The notes under the pieces were generated by a model. It saw only the letters and a list, made by a program, of their open reading frames with translations, was not told where the DNA came from and made no database searches. From a bacterium (GTDB lineage Bacteria > UBA10199 > JADFYH01), in contig JAXMHI010000008.1 of assembly GCA_046346885.1 (NCBI GenBank), positions 52,049-116,048 on the forward strand: a stretch of DNA of 64,000 nucleotides, in the 5' to 3' direction. Positions 20,021-30,166 of the stretch are shown piece by piece; position 1 is the stretch's first letter, and each line of letters starts with the position of its first letter. A program made the translations under genes and the position numbers.

Positions 20021-20060
20021 GGCCGGCCTGTTTTCAACGAGTCCGGGTCCGATTGCTGGG

Positions 20061-21467
20061 TCAATAATACCGGTTCGAAAGCGCAAGGACCGTATCTCCC
20101 AAGAGAACCAAAGTCACGAGGGGGAGAACCCAAGGGAGCAGGAATTTTTCTCCGAACGCGGCTTCAACACGGTGGTTGTAAAGAAGTAGAAACGCGGGGG
20201 GAGCCAAGGGAACGAGATATCGACCGTAAAAGGCGTCGATTCGATCTGATCCCACCGCGTTGAAGGTGAGGTATTGCACGAAGAAAATGAAGAGCAGGTT
20301 CAGGGTGATCACAAAAAAAAGAAGGGCTTTGTCCTTCCAAGAAAAGGAAAAGGAGGGATTTTCGTCGGTCAGCGCGGTGAAAATGAGAAAAAAGAAAAGA
20401 AGGGCCGGAGCAAACCAAGAAAGGCGCACATCCAGCCAACCGAGGCCCCCGACGTATTGTTCCGCCCAAAATTTAAAATCGCTCACGATCGTATTCCCGA
20501 TCGCCGAGAAAAACACGGCGGGATGAGATAGGATCAGATGAAGCTGTTCATCGGGAAAAATGTTGGGAATCGGTCTTAAGGGAATAAAAACGCCTTTTCC
20601 GTGGAGCGACCAGGCAAGACTCGCGAGAAACCCGGGAGTAAATACGAGGACGAAACTTTTGAAGAAGCCGAGGGGGGCTATGAACTTGCGTCTTGGAATC
20701 AGGAAGAACAAGAGCGCGAGACAAAGGTATCCGGGTTTGGAAACCGATAGGAGGAAAGACAAGAGAGCGAGGATTCCGAGTTCCTTCTTCCCGACGGTGT
20801 CCACCGGGTCCGACTTGAGCTTAAGGAGGAAAGAGACGAGCAACAGGGAAATCCCGTTCGTAAAGGTGTCCGCCGAAACGGAGGCCGCTTGAAACAAGGA
20901 CATGGGAGTTAAGGAAAGAAAGGCGAAAAGCCATTTGCCGACCGGTGAAGTTTTGACGGCAATGAAAACAAGCAGCGTCCAAACGGAAAAATTGAACAGC
21001 CTGGCGCCGTACATGAGAATTAAGGGCGAAAGTTGAAAGATCCGGCCGGCGGCGATTCCTATGGCTTGAGGAAGGTAAGTCGGGGGAGGGTATAAGGCGG
21101 TATTCCTAAAATCCAGGAAGGTTCGGTTGTGGGGGGCCAGGGGCAGGTGAAGTAGGGAGAATATTTCTTTCCGATCCGCCTTGTTTTCAGGATGAAAGGG
21201 GATGGCGCCGAATGGTAAGGTCGTTTTGTTGAGGCTTGCCGGTAAGAAATCACCCACTTGGTGGTTCATTTTTCGGGCGAAGAAATTTCCTTCGGAAATT
21301 TGATAAGCCCTGAAGAAATGGGCAAATTCATCCGCGGCTTGGAAGGGGGGCGTTAGAAAAATAAATAAGGTTCCAAAGATAAGGGAGAAAAAAAGAAATA
21401 CGTTTTGGGGTTTAAAGGAAAACATTTCCGATGGGACGTTTCGGGGAGCTTCATTTTCCGGCTTCAA
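20061..21467 (-). CDS. Polytopic membrane protein, DUF2142-like (putative glycosyl/arabinosyl transferase-type)
   Basis: About 11 hydrophobic helices; N-terminal LTPPFQAADEFAHFFRAYQISEG resembles the DUF2142 signature. The ORF track starts at a TTG; alternative ATG at 21425. Confidence 0.45.
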   Translation of the reverse strand: MKPENEAPRNVPSEMFSFKPQNVFLFFSLIFGTLFIFLTPPFQAADEFAHFFRAYQISEGNFFARKMNHQVGDFLPASLNKTTLPFGAIPFHPENKADRKEIFSLLHLPLAPHNRTFLDFRNTALYPPPTYLPQAIGIAAGRIFQLSPLILMYGARLFNFSVWTLLVFIAVKTSPVGKWLFAFLSLTPMSLFQAASVSADTFTNGISLLLVSFLLKLKSDPVDTVGKKELGILALLSFLLSVSKPGYLCLALLFFLIPRRKFIAPLGFFKSFVLVFTPGFLASLAWSLHGKGVFIPLRPIPNIFPDEQLHLILSHPAVFFSAIGNTIVSDFKFWAEQYVGGLGWLDVRLSWFAPALLFFFLIFTALTDENPSFSFSWKDKALLFFVITLNLLFIFFVQYLTFNAVGSDRIDAFYGRYLVPLAPPAFLLLYNHRVEAAFGEKFLLPWVLPLVTLVLLGDTVLALSNRYY

Positions 21468-21571
21468 GTTTCCAGGCGATATAGCATTCTTATTTTTCCC
21501 CGCAACCTTATTTCATAAGAGTCGATTGTTACTTAGGTTTTTTAAATCTCATTCATTTATAGTGGTTTTGC

Positions 21572-24500
21572 ATGGAGCGTGCTCAGCTTAACGGGAGTGG
21601 AGAATTTTCTTTGCCCAGCGGCGAGGAATCTTCCGTCCTTCAAGACTCGGTCCTTTCGCGCCTCTCCGCGACCTCGCTTTCGTCCGTCTCTTCGTTGACG
21701 GAAAGCCAGGCGCAAGTGGACGTGCTTGTCGGCCGTTTCGCGGAAGAGGCCACGAATTGGCGGTCGCTCGCCGCCATGGCGACGGGATCGTTGTTCTACC
21801 GATTCGGCCGTATCGGTGCGCTAGCTTTGGCTTCGCGCTTACCCCAGGCGGCTCCTTTGTTCCAGGCGGCGTCCTACGGCGTCGGCTTGGCGACGGAAGT
21901 GGCGGCTTTCGAAGGCTCAAGCCGTTTCTTGGCGTACGCATCCGGAGACCGGTCGAACGCCAATCTTTGGAACTGGAACGGTCGCGGCGGTTGGCGCGAG
22001 GGACTCGCTCATTCTTTCGTGACCTTCGGCATGCTGAAGAGCGTGGGATTTTTAGCGCGCGAACAAAATGTCGTCTTGCAACACACGGTGAGCGATTTGG
22101 CGATGGTGGGCGGCAATCAGGTGGCGGCCGCGTTCGGGTTTGGTCCCCGTCCGGAAGGGAATTTTGCTTCGCAGATGCTGGAAGCGGAAGTAACCAATCT
22201 CCAGCTGGGCGCGGGGATGAGTTTATTGCACGGCGTTGCTCCAGGACTCGCCGCCTTCGAGAGGGCTTTGGATCTTACCGCATCGTCGGCGACGCCGGAT
22301 TTCCGCGCATCCCTTTCAAGTCTTCCGGATTTTTCTCCTTACCGCCCCGCTTATGCGGAAGGGGTGGAGAACTCGGACTCTTCGGTCCGATCTTTGGAGC
22401 CCCAGCGGGGTCCCACGATTTTGCAGATGACGATCGACGACGGGAAAAAGCCGGGCCGAGGCGTCGATACCTTGGATGCGCCTCCTGGTCTTGATCCAGC
22501 CGCCGGCGTTTCCCAACCCCTGCGCCGCAGCCCCCCTCCTCCTCCTTCTCCTCCGGGGCAGCCCATCGTTTTTCAGCCGGGCAGGAAGTTCGGCCCCGAT
22601 AGCGCTTTCCCCGAGGGGCGTTATGAAGTGATCCGTTGGTACGCCCAAGGCGGCTTCGGTAACATTTACCTTGTTCGCGATCATAAATTGAACCGCGACG
22701 TGGCGACAAAGATCCCCCGGGAGAACTTATACACGCAAGAGCATCTGGACCGCTTTCATCGGGAAATTCAGATTACGTCGCAGCTGGAGCTGGACGGGGA
22801 AAGTCTGGCGACCGTGCTCGACTTGGTGACCTTGCCCGAGGGCATGACCATCCCCATCATGAAATTCCTTCCGGGCGACGACTTGCTCAAATTGCGCACG
22901 CAATATTACCAACGGGATCGGGACGTTCTTCGTTTATACCCCTTGGAGCGCCGCATCGAAATTTTCGCGGAAATTTGCAAGATCGTCGATTCGGCCCACG
23001 AACAAGGAGTCATTCATCGAGATTTGAAGCCGGGCAACATCCGCATTCTTCCCGACGGCCGAGTGGTCCTCCTCGATTGGGGGCGGGCGATCAACATTCA
23101 CGGGGAGGAAGTGGTGCCTGGAGAGGAAGATCCGTCCTCCCACCCGAAAGGCTCCGTGCATTTGACCAGTCCCGGAAAGGTGATGGGAACGCCCGGCTAT
23201 ATTCCGCCGGAAGCGGGTTTGCTTCTTCCTCCGGATTCCTCCCCCCGATCCATCGACGTCTTTGCCTTGGGTGTCATTCTTTATGAGTGGATGACGGGCG
23301 TTCATCCCTTCGCCTTTTTCGAGTCCGGCAATACGGTCAGAGGCCAGGCGGAGAAGATCCCCCGTCGAGATCCTCACGGAGAAACGCAAATGAACGAAGT
23401 GGCGTCGTTCATGCGCTTGCCGAAGAACGAGCCTCCTCCCTTTCGGAGTGTGGTGACCGGCGAGCATCCATCCTATTTTTTCGAAATGGAGACCATCGCC
23501 CGCAAAGCCTTCGCCAATGATCCGAAATCCCGTTATTCGACCGCCCGAGAGTTGCGGGAAGCGGTGCTCATGGCGAGGGCCCAAGTCACCCGCCGCCGCA
23601 TTCATACCATCCAGGAGGAGATCGACCGTCTTCGGGAACAAGCGGAGCACGAGTGGGAAATTCTGCGTCATTCCCCGCAAGTGAAGAACGAAGCCCAGTG
23701 GGCGCGCATGCACGATCCCCTCTACGCGATGGTGGAGCTCCGACAGGAATGGCGCGAGTTGGCCCGCGGCGTCACGAACTACTTAAGTGGGAAACTCCAC
23801 CTGCTTTCCCAGCCGGAAATTGCGCGGGGCCTCATCGCCGAAATGAACTGGCTGCTGCTCATCGACGGCGGCGACCGCATGCCGCAGCAAGTTCGCGAGG
23901 AGCTGATGCAGACCATCCGGGAGAACGATTTGCCCAACGAGCAGGGAAGGGATTTCGGTTTCGCCCGCGCCTTGGAAGGGGATGCCTCGCTGCGTTTGCG
24001 GGTCCGAGATTTTTTTTCGGGGAAGGGTTTGGCCGCCTCCGAACTCAAAGTGAAAATCATTCCGCTGGTTCGGGAAGTGGGGAAGAACGGAAGGGAAACG
24101 CTCAATTTTCGTGAGGGACAAGAGGTCGAATTCGAGGGAGAAGATCTCCGGTCTCTAAGGCTTCCCGCGGGTTATTATATCGCGCAGGTTTCGCGCCCCG
24201 GATATGCGACGGCGAGGGTCCCCTTGGAAGTGACGCTCGATCAAGTCCGGCAGGGCCTTTTCTCCCAAGGGGATCTGCCTTGGGAAGTGGAGATGGTGCC
24301 GGTGGAGGAGGTGCCCGAGGGGTTTCGTTTGATTCACCAAGGAGTCGCCACGCTCGGTTATAATATTTTCCACGGCGAGATGCCCACCGACGTTTATAGT
24401 TCTCCCGAAAGAAAAATGCCCTTCCAATCCTTTTTGGCCAAAGAATTTCCGGAGACGGTTCAAGAGTACGTCACTTATATCGAAGATCGGCTCAACACGA

Positions 24501-25285
24501 TCAACGTGGCTCTGCAAAAGGGAAACATGGAGCGCGTGCGGCGCATCTTAAAAGAGGTGAGGGAGGCGGTGCCCAGGGCCCAGGCGACGGTACCCGACGC
24601 CCTGCCGGAGGACTTGTCCAAGTCTTTCGAAGGATTAAACCTTTACTGGCGCATCCGTTCACGGGGAAGTTTGGAGGAGAGAAATCTAAGATTTTTCATG
24701 GAGGATCCCACGTCTCATCCCGATCCGAACGGCGATCCCATGCGCGCTCGACAACCGATCAACGCGATTTCATATTTGGGAGGCGAGTCTTACGCGCGTT
24801 GGTTGAGCCGCACCCACGGGGTTCGGTATGAAATCGCCTCCGCGGAACAAGAAGAGATCATGGCCCGTAGCGCCCTGCCGTTTCCCTATCCGTGGGGATA
24901 CCGTTTCAATCCCTTTTATGTGGTTTCCCGTTCGGTCTTCTCCGATCTCATCAAAGGCACCTATCCCCAAGACGTGGGAACTCATCCTTTGGGGCAAGGG
25001 CAATATCGGGATTATTCCCTCGTTTACGGCATCCGGGATTTGATCGGCAACGTGCGTCGTTCCACCTCGACCCAGGTGGAGCCGGATACTCCCGCGAGTG
25101 AATCCACTCCCGCTCAACCGGGCACCATCTTCGTGAAAGGGGGATCTTTGCGGGTTCTTTGGGGGCCTTTCTTCCGGGCGGGGGTGGAGGCCCATGTGCG
25201 GAAAAACATCGCCGATGCCAGCATGGGAGGTTTCCGTCTTGTCGTCAATCTGACGGATCGGCGTTATTCTCCAAGAGTTCCTTAA
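21572..25285 (+). CDS. Paralog A: conserved N-module + Pro-rich linker + Ser/Thr protein kinase (DWG variant) + PEGA + FGE-sulfatase-like C-terminal domain
   Basis: 1237 aa. N-module (aa ~45-245) is 80-95% identical to the other two paralogs. Kinase motifs GGFGNIY, VATKI, HRDLKPGN, DWG, GTPGYIPPEA. PEGA-like LRLPAGYYIAQVSRPGYATARVPLEV. C-terminal YPWGY...GNV...KGGS...GFRLV matches the FGE/SUMF1 fold but lacks the catalytic Cys pair. Confidence 0.8.
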   Translation: MERAQLNGSGEFSLPSGEESSVLQDSVLSRLSATSLSSVSSLTESQAQVDVLVGRFAEEATNWRSLAAMATGSLFYRFGRIGALALASRLPQAAPLFQAASYGVGLATEVAAFEGSSRFLAYASGDRSNANLWNWNGRGGWREGLAHSFVTFGMLKSVGFLAREQNVVLQHTVSDLAMVGGNQVAAAFGFGPRPEGNFASQMLEAEVTNLQLGAGMSLLHGVAPGLAAFERALDLTASSATPDFRASLSSLPDFSPYRPAYAEGVENSDSSVRSLEPQRGPTILQMTIDDGKKPGRGVDTLDAPPGLDPAAGVSQPLRRSPPPPPSPPGQPIVFQPGRKFGPDSAFPEGRYEVIRWYAQGGFGNIYLVRDHKLNRDVATKIPRENLYTQEHLDRFHREIQITSQLELDGESLATVLDLVTLPEGMTIPIMKFLPGDDLLKLRTQYYQRDRDVLRLYPLERRIEIFAEICKIVDSAHEQGVIHRDLKPGNIRILPDGRVVLLDWGRAINIHGEEVVPGEEDPSSHPKGSVHLTSPGKVMGTPGYIPPEAGLLLPPDSSPRSIDVFALGVILYEWMTGVHPFAFFESGNTVRGQAEKIPRRDPHGETQMNEVASFMRLPKNEPPPFRSVVTGEHPSYFFEMETIARKAFANDPKSRYSTARELREAVLMARAQVTRRRIHTIQEEIDRLREQAEHEWEILRHSPQVKNEAQWARMHDPLYAMVELRQEWRELARGVTNYLSGKLHLLSQPEIARGLIAEMNWLLLIDGGDRMPQQVREELMQTIRENDLPNEQGRDFGFARALEGDASLRLRVRDFFSGKGLAASELKVKIIPLVREVGKNGRETLNFREGQEVEFEGEDLRSLRLPAGYYIAQVSRPGYATARVPLEVTLDQVRQGLFSQGDLPWEVEMVPVEEVPEGFRLIHQGVATLGYNIFHGEMPTDVYSSPERKMPFQSFLAKEFPETVQEYVTYIEDRLNTINVALQKGNMERVRRILKEVREAVPRAQATVPDALPEDLSKSFEGLNLYWRIRSRGSLEERNLRFFMEDPTSHPDPNGDPMRARQPINAISYLGGESYARWLSRTHGVRYEIASAEQEEIMARSALPFPYPWGYRFNPFYVVSRSVFSDLIKGTYPQDVGTHPLGQGQYRDYSLVYGIRDLIGNVRRSTSTQVEPDTPASESTPAQPGTIFVKGGSLRVLWGPFFRAGVEAHVRKNIADASMGGFRLVVNLTDRRYSPRVP

Positions 25286-25353
25286 TCTTGATTTGCCTGC
25301 CTGAAACGTCAAACTTTCCGATATAAAGCGTCAAAACCCCATTTTTTAAACGT

Positions 25354-25375
25354 AACTAAATAATATTATTTAGTT
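25354..25375. promoter_or_regulatory. Perfect 22-bp AT palindrome in the AT-rich upstream region of the small repeat-protein gene
   Basis: AACTAAATAATATTATTTAGTT is a perfect inverted repeat. It sits in a ~300-bp stretch of about 25% GC, ~210 nt upstream of the ATG at 25586. Confidence 0.35.
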
Positions 25376-25585
25376 ATTTGTTTTTATTTTCTAATAAAGA
25401 AAAAGAGTTTTTCCCCTTTTCTCCGGGTGATTTTTTACTTTTTTTATTCTCTCCTCTCTCTGTGACAAACAATCATAATTATTTGATTTTATTTAATTTT
25501 TTTAAAAATGCCTAAAAGGGCATGGCCTTTGCGTAACAGTCCCCCCGGGTGTGTGATTTTTTTACTCATGAAAAAGGGGGATGGA

Positions 25586-25891
25586 ATGAATAAAAAATCA
25601 ATTATTATCATGGTGTTATTATTCTCATGGATCGGTCTTTCCACTGTCGCCCGGGCGGAAACCATTGCTGAGAGAAATCTCAAATCCACCTTCGGTTCCT
25701 CCGTCATTTATCAAAACCAAGGGCCCCAATTTATGCCGACCGGCTTGGTTCAAAACCAGGGGCCTCAGTTTATGCCGACGAGTACGGTGGAAAATCAGCC
25801 GCCTCAATTCATGCCGGTGGGAACGGTTCAAAATCAGGGGCCCCAGTTTATTCCCGTCAATTGGCGTTATAACCAGCCTCCGCAGTTTTAG
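25586..25891 (+). CDS. Small secreted tandem-repeat protein (QNQGPQFMP repeats)
   Basis: Signal peptide MNKKSIIIMVLLFSWIGLSTVARA. Five imperfect 13-aa repeats (V)QNQGPQFMPTGL. SD AAGGGGGA upstream of the ATG at 25586. Confidence 0.6.
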   Translation: MNKKSIIIMVLLFSWIGLSTVARAETIAERNLKSTFGSSVIYQNQGPQFMPTGLVQNQGPQFMPTSTVENQPPQFMPVGTVQNQGPQFIPVNWRYNQPPQF

Positions 25892-25918
25892 ACCTTGTTT
25901 CTTCTCCGGGTTGTTGCA

Positions 25919-25953
25919 AGGCCCGTATCGGTGTTTTTTTACCGGTGCGGGCC
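25919..25953 (+). terminator. Putative terminator hairpin after the small repeat-protein gene
   Basis: GGCCCG...CGGTGTTTTTTTACCG...CGGGCC nested inverted repeats with a T-run. Confidence 0.35.
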
Positions 25954-26063
25954 TTCTTATTTGCGGAAATTTCTTTGATTTTCTGGCAACCTTCCCCCTT
26001 GCAGGCCGATAGGGCTTAGACTCCACCATTGTTTTTTCCTTAAGGATTGGTTCGGGTTTGTTT

Positions 26064-29000
26064 ATGACCTTTGGCTCCTCCATTTTTCGTTCGGCCCCGG
26101 ATGCCACTTTGCCGGATCATACGGAGACGCTACTCTCCCGTTTCTCTTCCCATTCTTTAGTCAATGATTCTTCCTTGAGTGCTTCCCAAGCGCAGGTGGA
26201 CGGTCTTGTGAGTCGTTTCACGGAAGAGGCGACGAATTGGCGGTCTTTGGCGGCGATGGCGACGGGTTCTTTGTTTTATCGCTTCGGCCGCATCGGTACC
26301 TTGGCCTTGGCCTCGCGCCTGCCTCAAGCGGCGCCTCTGTTTCAAGCGGCGTCCTACGGCATCGGTCTTGGGGCGGAAGTGACGGCTTTCGAAGGATCGA
26401 GCCGTTTCTTGGCGTATGCCTCGGGAGATCGATCGAACGCCAACTTGTGGAGGTGGAGCGGGAGAGGCGGATGGAGCGAGGGTTTGTCTCATTCCCTCGT
26501 CACCTTCGGCATGCTGAAGAGCTTCGGCCATTTGGGGAGCGAGCAGAATGTTGTTTTGCAACACGTGATGTCGGATTTGGGGATGGTGGGAGGGCATCAG
26601 GTTTCCGCCGCGTTGGGATTCACGCCTCGTCCCGAGGGGAGCCTTGCCTCACAATTCCTAGAAGCGGAGATTACCAATCTACAGCTCGGCGCGGGGATGA
26701 GCTTGTTGCACCTGGCGTCGCCCCGTCTGGCCGCTTTCGAACGGGGATTGGATCTTTCCATCCGCGCGCGGGAAACGACGGGCGCCCCGAATCGGAATTT
26801 AGAAAATTTTTTCGGGCCTCAAGAACAGCTTGTGTTCGACGGTGCGCCCGTGAGCCGAGAAACATTTGCGCCGGAGAACCCTTTTGAGGGACCTCAGATT
26901 CTTCTCATGTCTTCGAAAGAAGGCCCTAATAACGGAAAAGGAACGATTCCCGATCCGTCGAAGGTTCAACGCCCCGATTCGGTAATGGAAGTGACTCCTT
27001 CGATGATGGTTCCTCCTTCCGGCGTGGGGGTGGAAGGCCTCTCGAACGGAGAGGAGGTTGCGGATGGAGAAGTGATTCCAGGGGTTCCGATACGGGTGGT
27101 ATCCGAATCGGCATTGGCGCCGACTTCTCCGGCCCCGCCGGCGGTGGCGCCTGTCGTTATTAAACCCGGGGATGCCGATGCCGCGGCTGTGGATGCGGAT
27201 CCGCAGAGTGTGGGCGATCAACGGACCGTCGTGCGTCCCCTCCAACTTCCGCTTCCACCGGCCGTTCCGAACGGCGTCAGGGCGGGGGGCGCGGAAACCT
27301 TGCGCGAACAAGAAGTCGTTTCGAAGCTTTCCATCGCGCCTCCTCCCTCGGGAACCGTGGAAAGCGGAATGATCTTGGCGGGTCGCTACGAAGTGAAGGA
27401 ATTTCTCGGCGCTGGCGGTTTCGGAAACGTCTACAAGGTTCTCGATCAGCGCTTGGGCCGCATCGGCGTGATCAAGGTGCCGAGAGCCGAGATGGATACG
27501 GTCGAGTTCAGGCCGCGCTTCTCGAATGAAATCCGCATTACCGCCGCCCTCGATCCGCGTCGGGTCGTGGGGGTTTACGATTTGATCGAGCTCGCCGACG
27601 GGCGGCTCATCCCCGTGATGGAATACGTGCCCGGGCATGACCTCTCGGACATCGTGGGTCAACTCTCCGTAAGCCGCCGTTTGGAAATCTTCGCCGAGAT
27701 TTGCGAAGGGGTGGCTTCCGCCCATCGGAGAGGTTTCGTTCACCGTGATTTAAAGCCCGCCAACATCCGCATTACCTCCGACGGCCACGTGAAAATCATG
27801 GACTGGGGCCTGGCCAAACCGCTCGACGAAGTGACCGCGGGTGAAGGAGGGGCGGTCCCCACGGACCTTTCCGCGCGACTGAAAAGAAATTTGACCGTAG
27901 GAGGGGGCGGCATGCCCTTCGGGACGCCCGGATACATTGCCCCCGAGGCGTTTTTAGGCGGGAAGATTCCCAACCCGCGCTCTCTCGATAACTTCGCGTT
28001 GGGCGCCATTCTCTATGAGATGATGAGCGGGCGGCATCCTTTCGTGGACGATTGGAGCGAGCAGCGGGCCGTCGCCAATTACATGTCGACCCATCCTTCC
28101 GTGATCAGGCCCGTCTCGGAATTTAAGGATGTCCTCATCGGCGACTATCCGCCCATCGTTTACGAGGTGGAACCCATCGCCCGGCGCAGCCTGGAAAGAG
28201 AGCAGGCGAAACGTTTTCAAAACGCCCTCGAGATCCGCGATGCCGTGTTGATGGCACAGGCCCGCGTCGAGTTTAGGGCCATCGGCGAGGTGCGCACCGA
28301 AATGAAGCGGCTCGCCGCCCGGATGGTGGAGGCCTGGGATCATTTTGATCCTTCCCACCAAATCGACTCGAATTATTGGGATCAAGAAATGTATCAAACC
28401 CTCTACGACGTGAGGGATCGCCGCGCTGCCATGGACCAGCGGGCCATCGACTTGATCGCGCAGCTGGCGGAAATCAAGGTCGTGCTCACCGACCCCAACC
28501 CGGCCAAGAAGATGATCGCGGAGCTCTCTTGGATGCGCTTACTTTATGGGGGAGACCGGATGCCGGAGGGGCAGAGGCGGCTCCTGATCGACGCCATCTC
28601 GAAAAATGACGTCGCTACGGCGGAAGAAAAGATTCCCAGCATGAAGCTCGCGCTGGAAACGCCGCTTGGGATGGAGATCCGAGCGACCGATTGGCGGACC
28701 GGAAAATCCCTTTTTCAAGACGGGAGCTCCTTATATCACATGAACGTCAAGGTGCTTCCCTATGAACGGGACCGTTTGGGGAATTACAGCGAAGGGGCTC
28801 CCCTTTTAGACGGCCCTTTGGCGACCGTGCTTCCGCAGATGCACTTAAAGGCGGGATATTACGTGATCGAGGTTTCTTATCCCGGCTATGCGCCCATGCG
28901 AGTTCCTTTCCACATGAGGCTCAAGGACGTGCGGCGCGGTTTGCTGGAGGAGAAGCCCCATCTTCTGAATTTGGAGTTTATCCCTCAAGACCTCGTCCCT

Positions 29001-29939
29001 TCCGATTTCGACGTCATTCATGGCGGCTACGGCTACATCGGTCACGATTATATTTACGAAGGCGATCCCGCAAACGGTTACAGTCAACCGCTCCGGAAGG
29101 TGCAATACTCGACTTATGCGATTTCCCGGGTGCCCCCGCGGGTCCGTGATTATAAGGTTTTCATCGATTCGGAGTTGAGCATGGCCAACGCCTTGATCCG
29201 CGCCGGAAAGATCCGCGACGCGGGAATCCTGCTCAATCGTCTGAGGAATTTCATTCCGAGAAACCAGGCGGTGCCGCAAATTCCCGAAGACCGGATCACC
29301 GACGATCCGGCGACGCTCGTGCCTCTTTTCGAGAAGACCCCTTATTTGTGCTGGAGAGTGCGCATTCATCAAGAAGACGGTCTTCCCCAATTCTCGCTCA
29401 TCGACCCCTGGACCCACCATGACCGGGAGAACGGAGGGTATCCGATCTTGGAGCACGCCTCCGTGAGCGCGATTCCTTATCAAGCGGTGGAGGCGTTTCG
29501 GGATTGGCGGCGCGACCGGGACAATAGGGATTATGAAATCATGTCCGCAGAGGAAAACGAGATCATGGCCCGCGGTTCGTGGGAGCTCCCCTATCCTTGG
29601 GGCTACCATCCCAATCCCGCCTATTTAGTCTCCCGCTTGGTATTCGAAGATACTTGGAAAGACTCCTATCCCCGTCCTGTGGGTTCCCATCCCATGGGGC
29701 AACACCATTATCGCGATCGTTCGCCGTTCGGTCCCATTGACGTTTTGGGAAATACTCGAAAATGGACCTCGACCGTGATGGAGCCCGACGTCAATGCCAT
29801 GGCGGGTTTGTCCGTGAGGACGGGAACGGGGCCTTACGGGAATCCGGACTCCCGAACCTTAGGATCGACTGATAACTGGGCGGTGGATGCTAATGGTTCC
29901 TTCCGGCTTGTGCTGCGTTTTCCCCGCCGGAATCCATAA
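26064..29939 (+). CDS. Paralog B: conserved N-module + linker + Ser/Thr protein kinase (DWG variant) + PEGA + FGE-sulfatase-like domain
   Basis: 1293 aa. N-module nearly identical to paralog C. Kinase motifs GAGGFGNVY, VIKV, HRDLKPAN, DWG, GTPGYIAPEA. PEGA-like HLKAGYYVIEVSYPGYAPMRVPF. C-terminal YPWGY...GNTRKWTST...GSFRLV. The ATG at 26064 gives an MTF... start like paralog C. Confidence 0.8.
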   Translation: MTFGSSIFRSAPDATLPDHTETLLSRFSSHSLVNDSSLSASQAQVDGLVSRFTEEATNWRSLAAMATGSLFYRFGRIGTLALASRLPQAAPLFQAASYGIGLGAEVTAFEGSSRFLAYASGDRSNANLWRWSGRGGWSEGLSHSLVTFGMLKSFGHLGSEQNVVLQHVMSDLGMVGGHQVSAALGFTPRPEGSLASQFLEAEITNLQLGAGMSLLHLASPRLAAFERGLDLSIRARETTGAPNRNLENFFGPQEQLVFDGAPVSRETFAPENPFEGPQILLMSSKEGPNNGKGTIPDPSKVQRPDSVMEVTPSMMVPPSGVGVEGLSNGEEVADGEVIPGVPIRVVSESALAPTSPAPPAVAPVVIKPGDADAAAVDADPQSVGDQRTVVRPLQLPLPPAVPNGVRAGGAETLREQEVVSKLSIAPPPSGTVESGMILAGRYEVKEFLGAGGFGNVYKVLDQRLGRIGVIKVPRAEMDTVEFRPRFSNEIRITAALDPRRVVGVYDLIELADGRLIPVMEYVPGHDLSDIVGQLSVSRRLEIFAEICEGVASAHRRGFVHRDLKPANIRITSDGHVKIMDWGLAKPLDEVTAGEGGAVPTDLSARLKRNLTVGGGGMPFGTPGYIAPEAFLGGKIPNPRSLDNFALGAILYEMMSGRHPFVDDWSEQRAVANYMSTHPSVIRPVSEFKDVLIGDYPPIVYEVEPIARRSLEREQAKRFQNALEIRDAVLMAQARVEFRAIGEVRTEMKRLAARMVEAWDHFDPSHQIDSNYWDQEMYQTLYDVRDRRAAMDQRAIDLIAQLAEIKVVLTDPNPAKKMIAELSWMRLLYGGDRMPEGQRRLLIDAISKNDVATAEEKIPSMKLALETPLGMEIRATDWRTGKSLFQDGSSLYHMNVKVLPYERDRLGNYSEGAPLLDGPLATVLPQMHLKAGYYVIEVSYPGYAPMRVPFHMRLKDVRRGLLEEKPHLLNLEFIPQDLVPSDFDVIHGGYGYIGHDYIYEGDPANGYSQPLRKVQYSTYAISRVPPRVRDYKVFIDSELSMANALIRAGKIRDAGILLNRLRNFIPRNQAVPQIPEDRITDDPATLVPLFEKTPYLCWRVRIHQEDGLPQFSLIDPWTHHDRENGGYPILEHASVSAIPYQAVEAFRDWRRDRDNRDYEIMSAEENEIMARGSWELPYPWGYHPNPAYLVSRLVFEDTWKDSYPRPVGSHPMGQHHYRDRSPFGPIDVLGNTRKWTSTVMEPDVNAMAGLSVRTGTGPYGNPDSRTLGSTDNWAVDANGSFRLVLRFPRRNP
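26178..26770. repeat. Left arm of a ~590-bp near-identical inverted repeat (N-module coding DNA of paralog B)
   Basis: The same out-of-frame ORF translation (MAVFGGDGDGFFVL...GDELV) appears at 26237-26887(+) and 33435-34130(-). This implies >95% nucleotide identity in inverted orientation. Confidence 0.75.
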
Positions 29940-30166
29940 TTTTCCTCAAATTTTTTAAAGATGGGCTCAATGGACTAAAATGATATTTAATTTTGGTTCC
30001 TAAAGTCCCCACCCGCGTCATTATTTTGACTGGTCCCTAAATCATGCTTAAATTGTTAAAATAATTAACTCTTTTTAAGTAATCCTTCCTTTTTTCATGA
30101 AAAAAATTGGGTGAAAACACCTCACTTTGATCAAGTCTTAACAAGTTTGAAATAACTATAAATATA

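Noticed and set aside
22275-22709. Several overlapping 60-250-aa ORFs inside kinase paralog A and B coding regions (for example 21757-22494, 22934-23713, 26799-27743, 28845-29609)
   Set aside because: They are embedded in or antisense to long ORFs with clear kinase, PEGA and FGE motifs. Their composition is typical of a high-GC frame artefact.
21480-26057. Sigma54-like elements upstream of paralog A (TGGTTTTGCA) and paralog B (TGGCAA-N9-TTGCA)
   Set aside because: The GG-to-GC spacing is wrong in both cases (too short and too long respectively), so they are not credible -24/-12 promoters.
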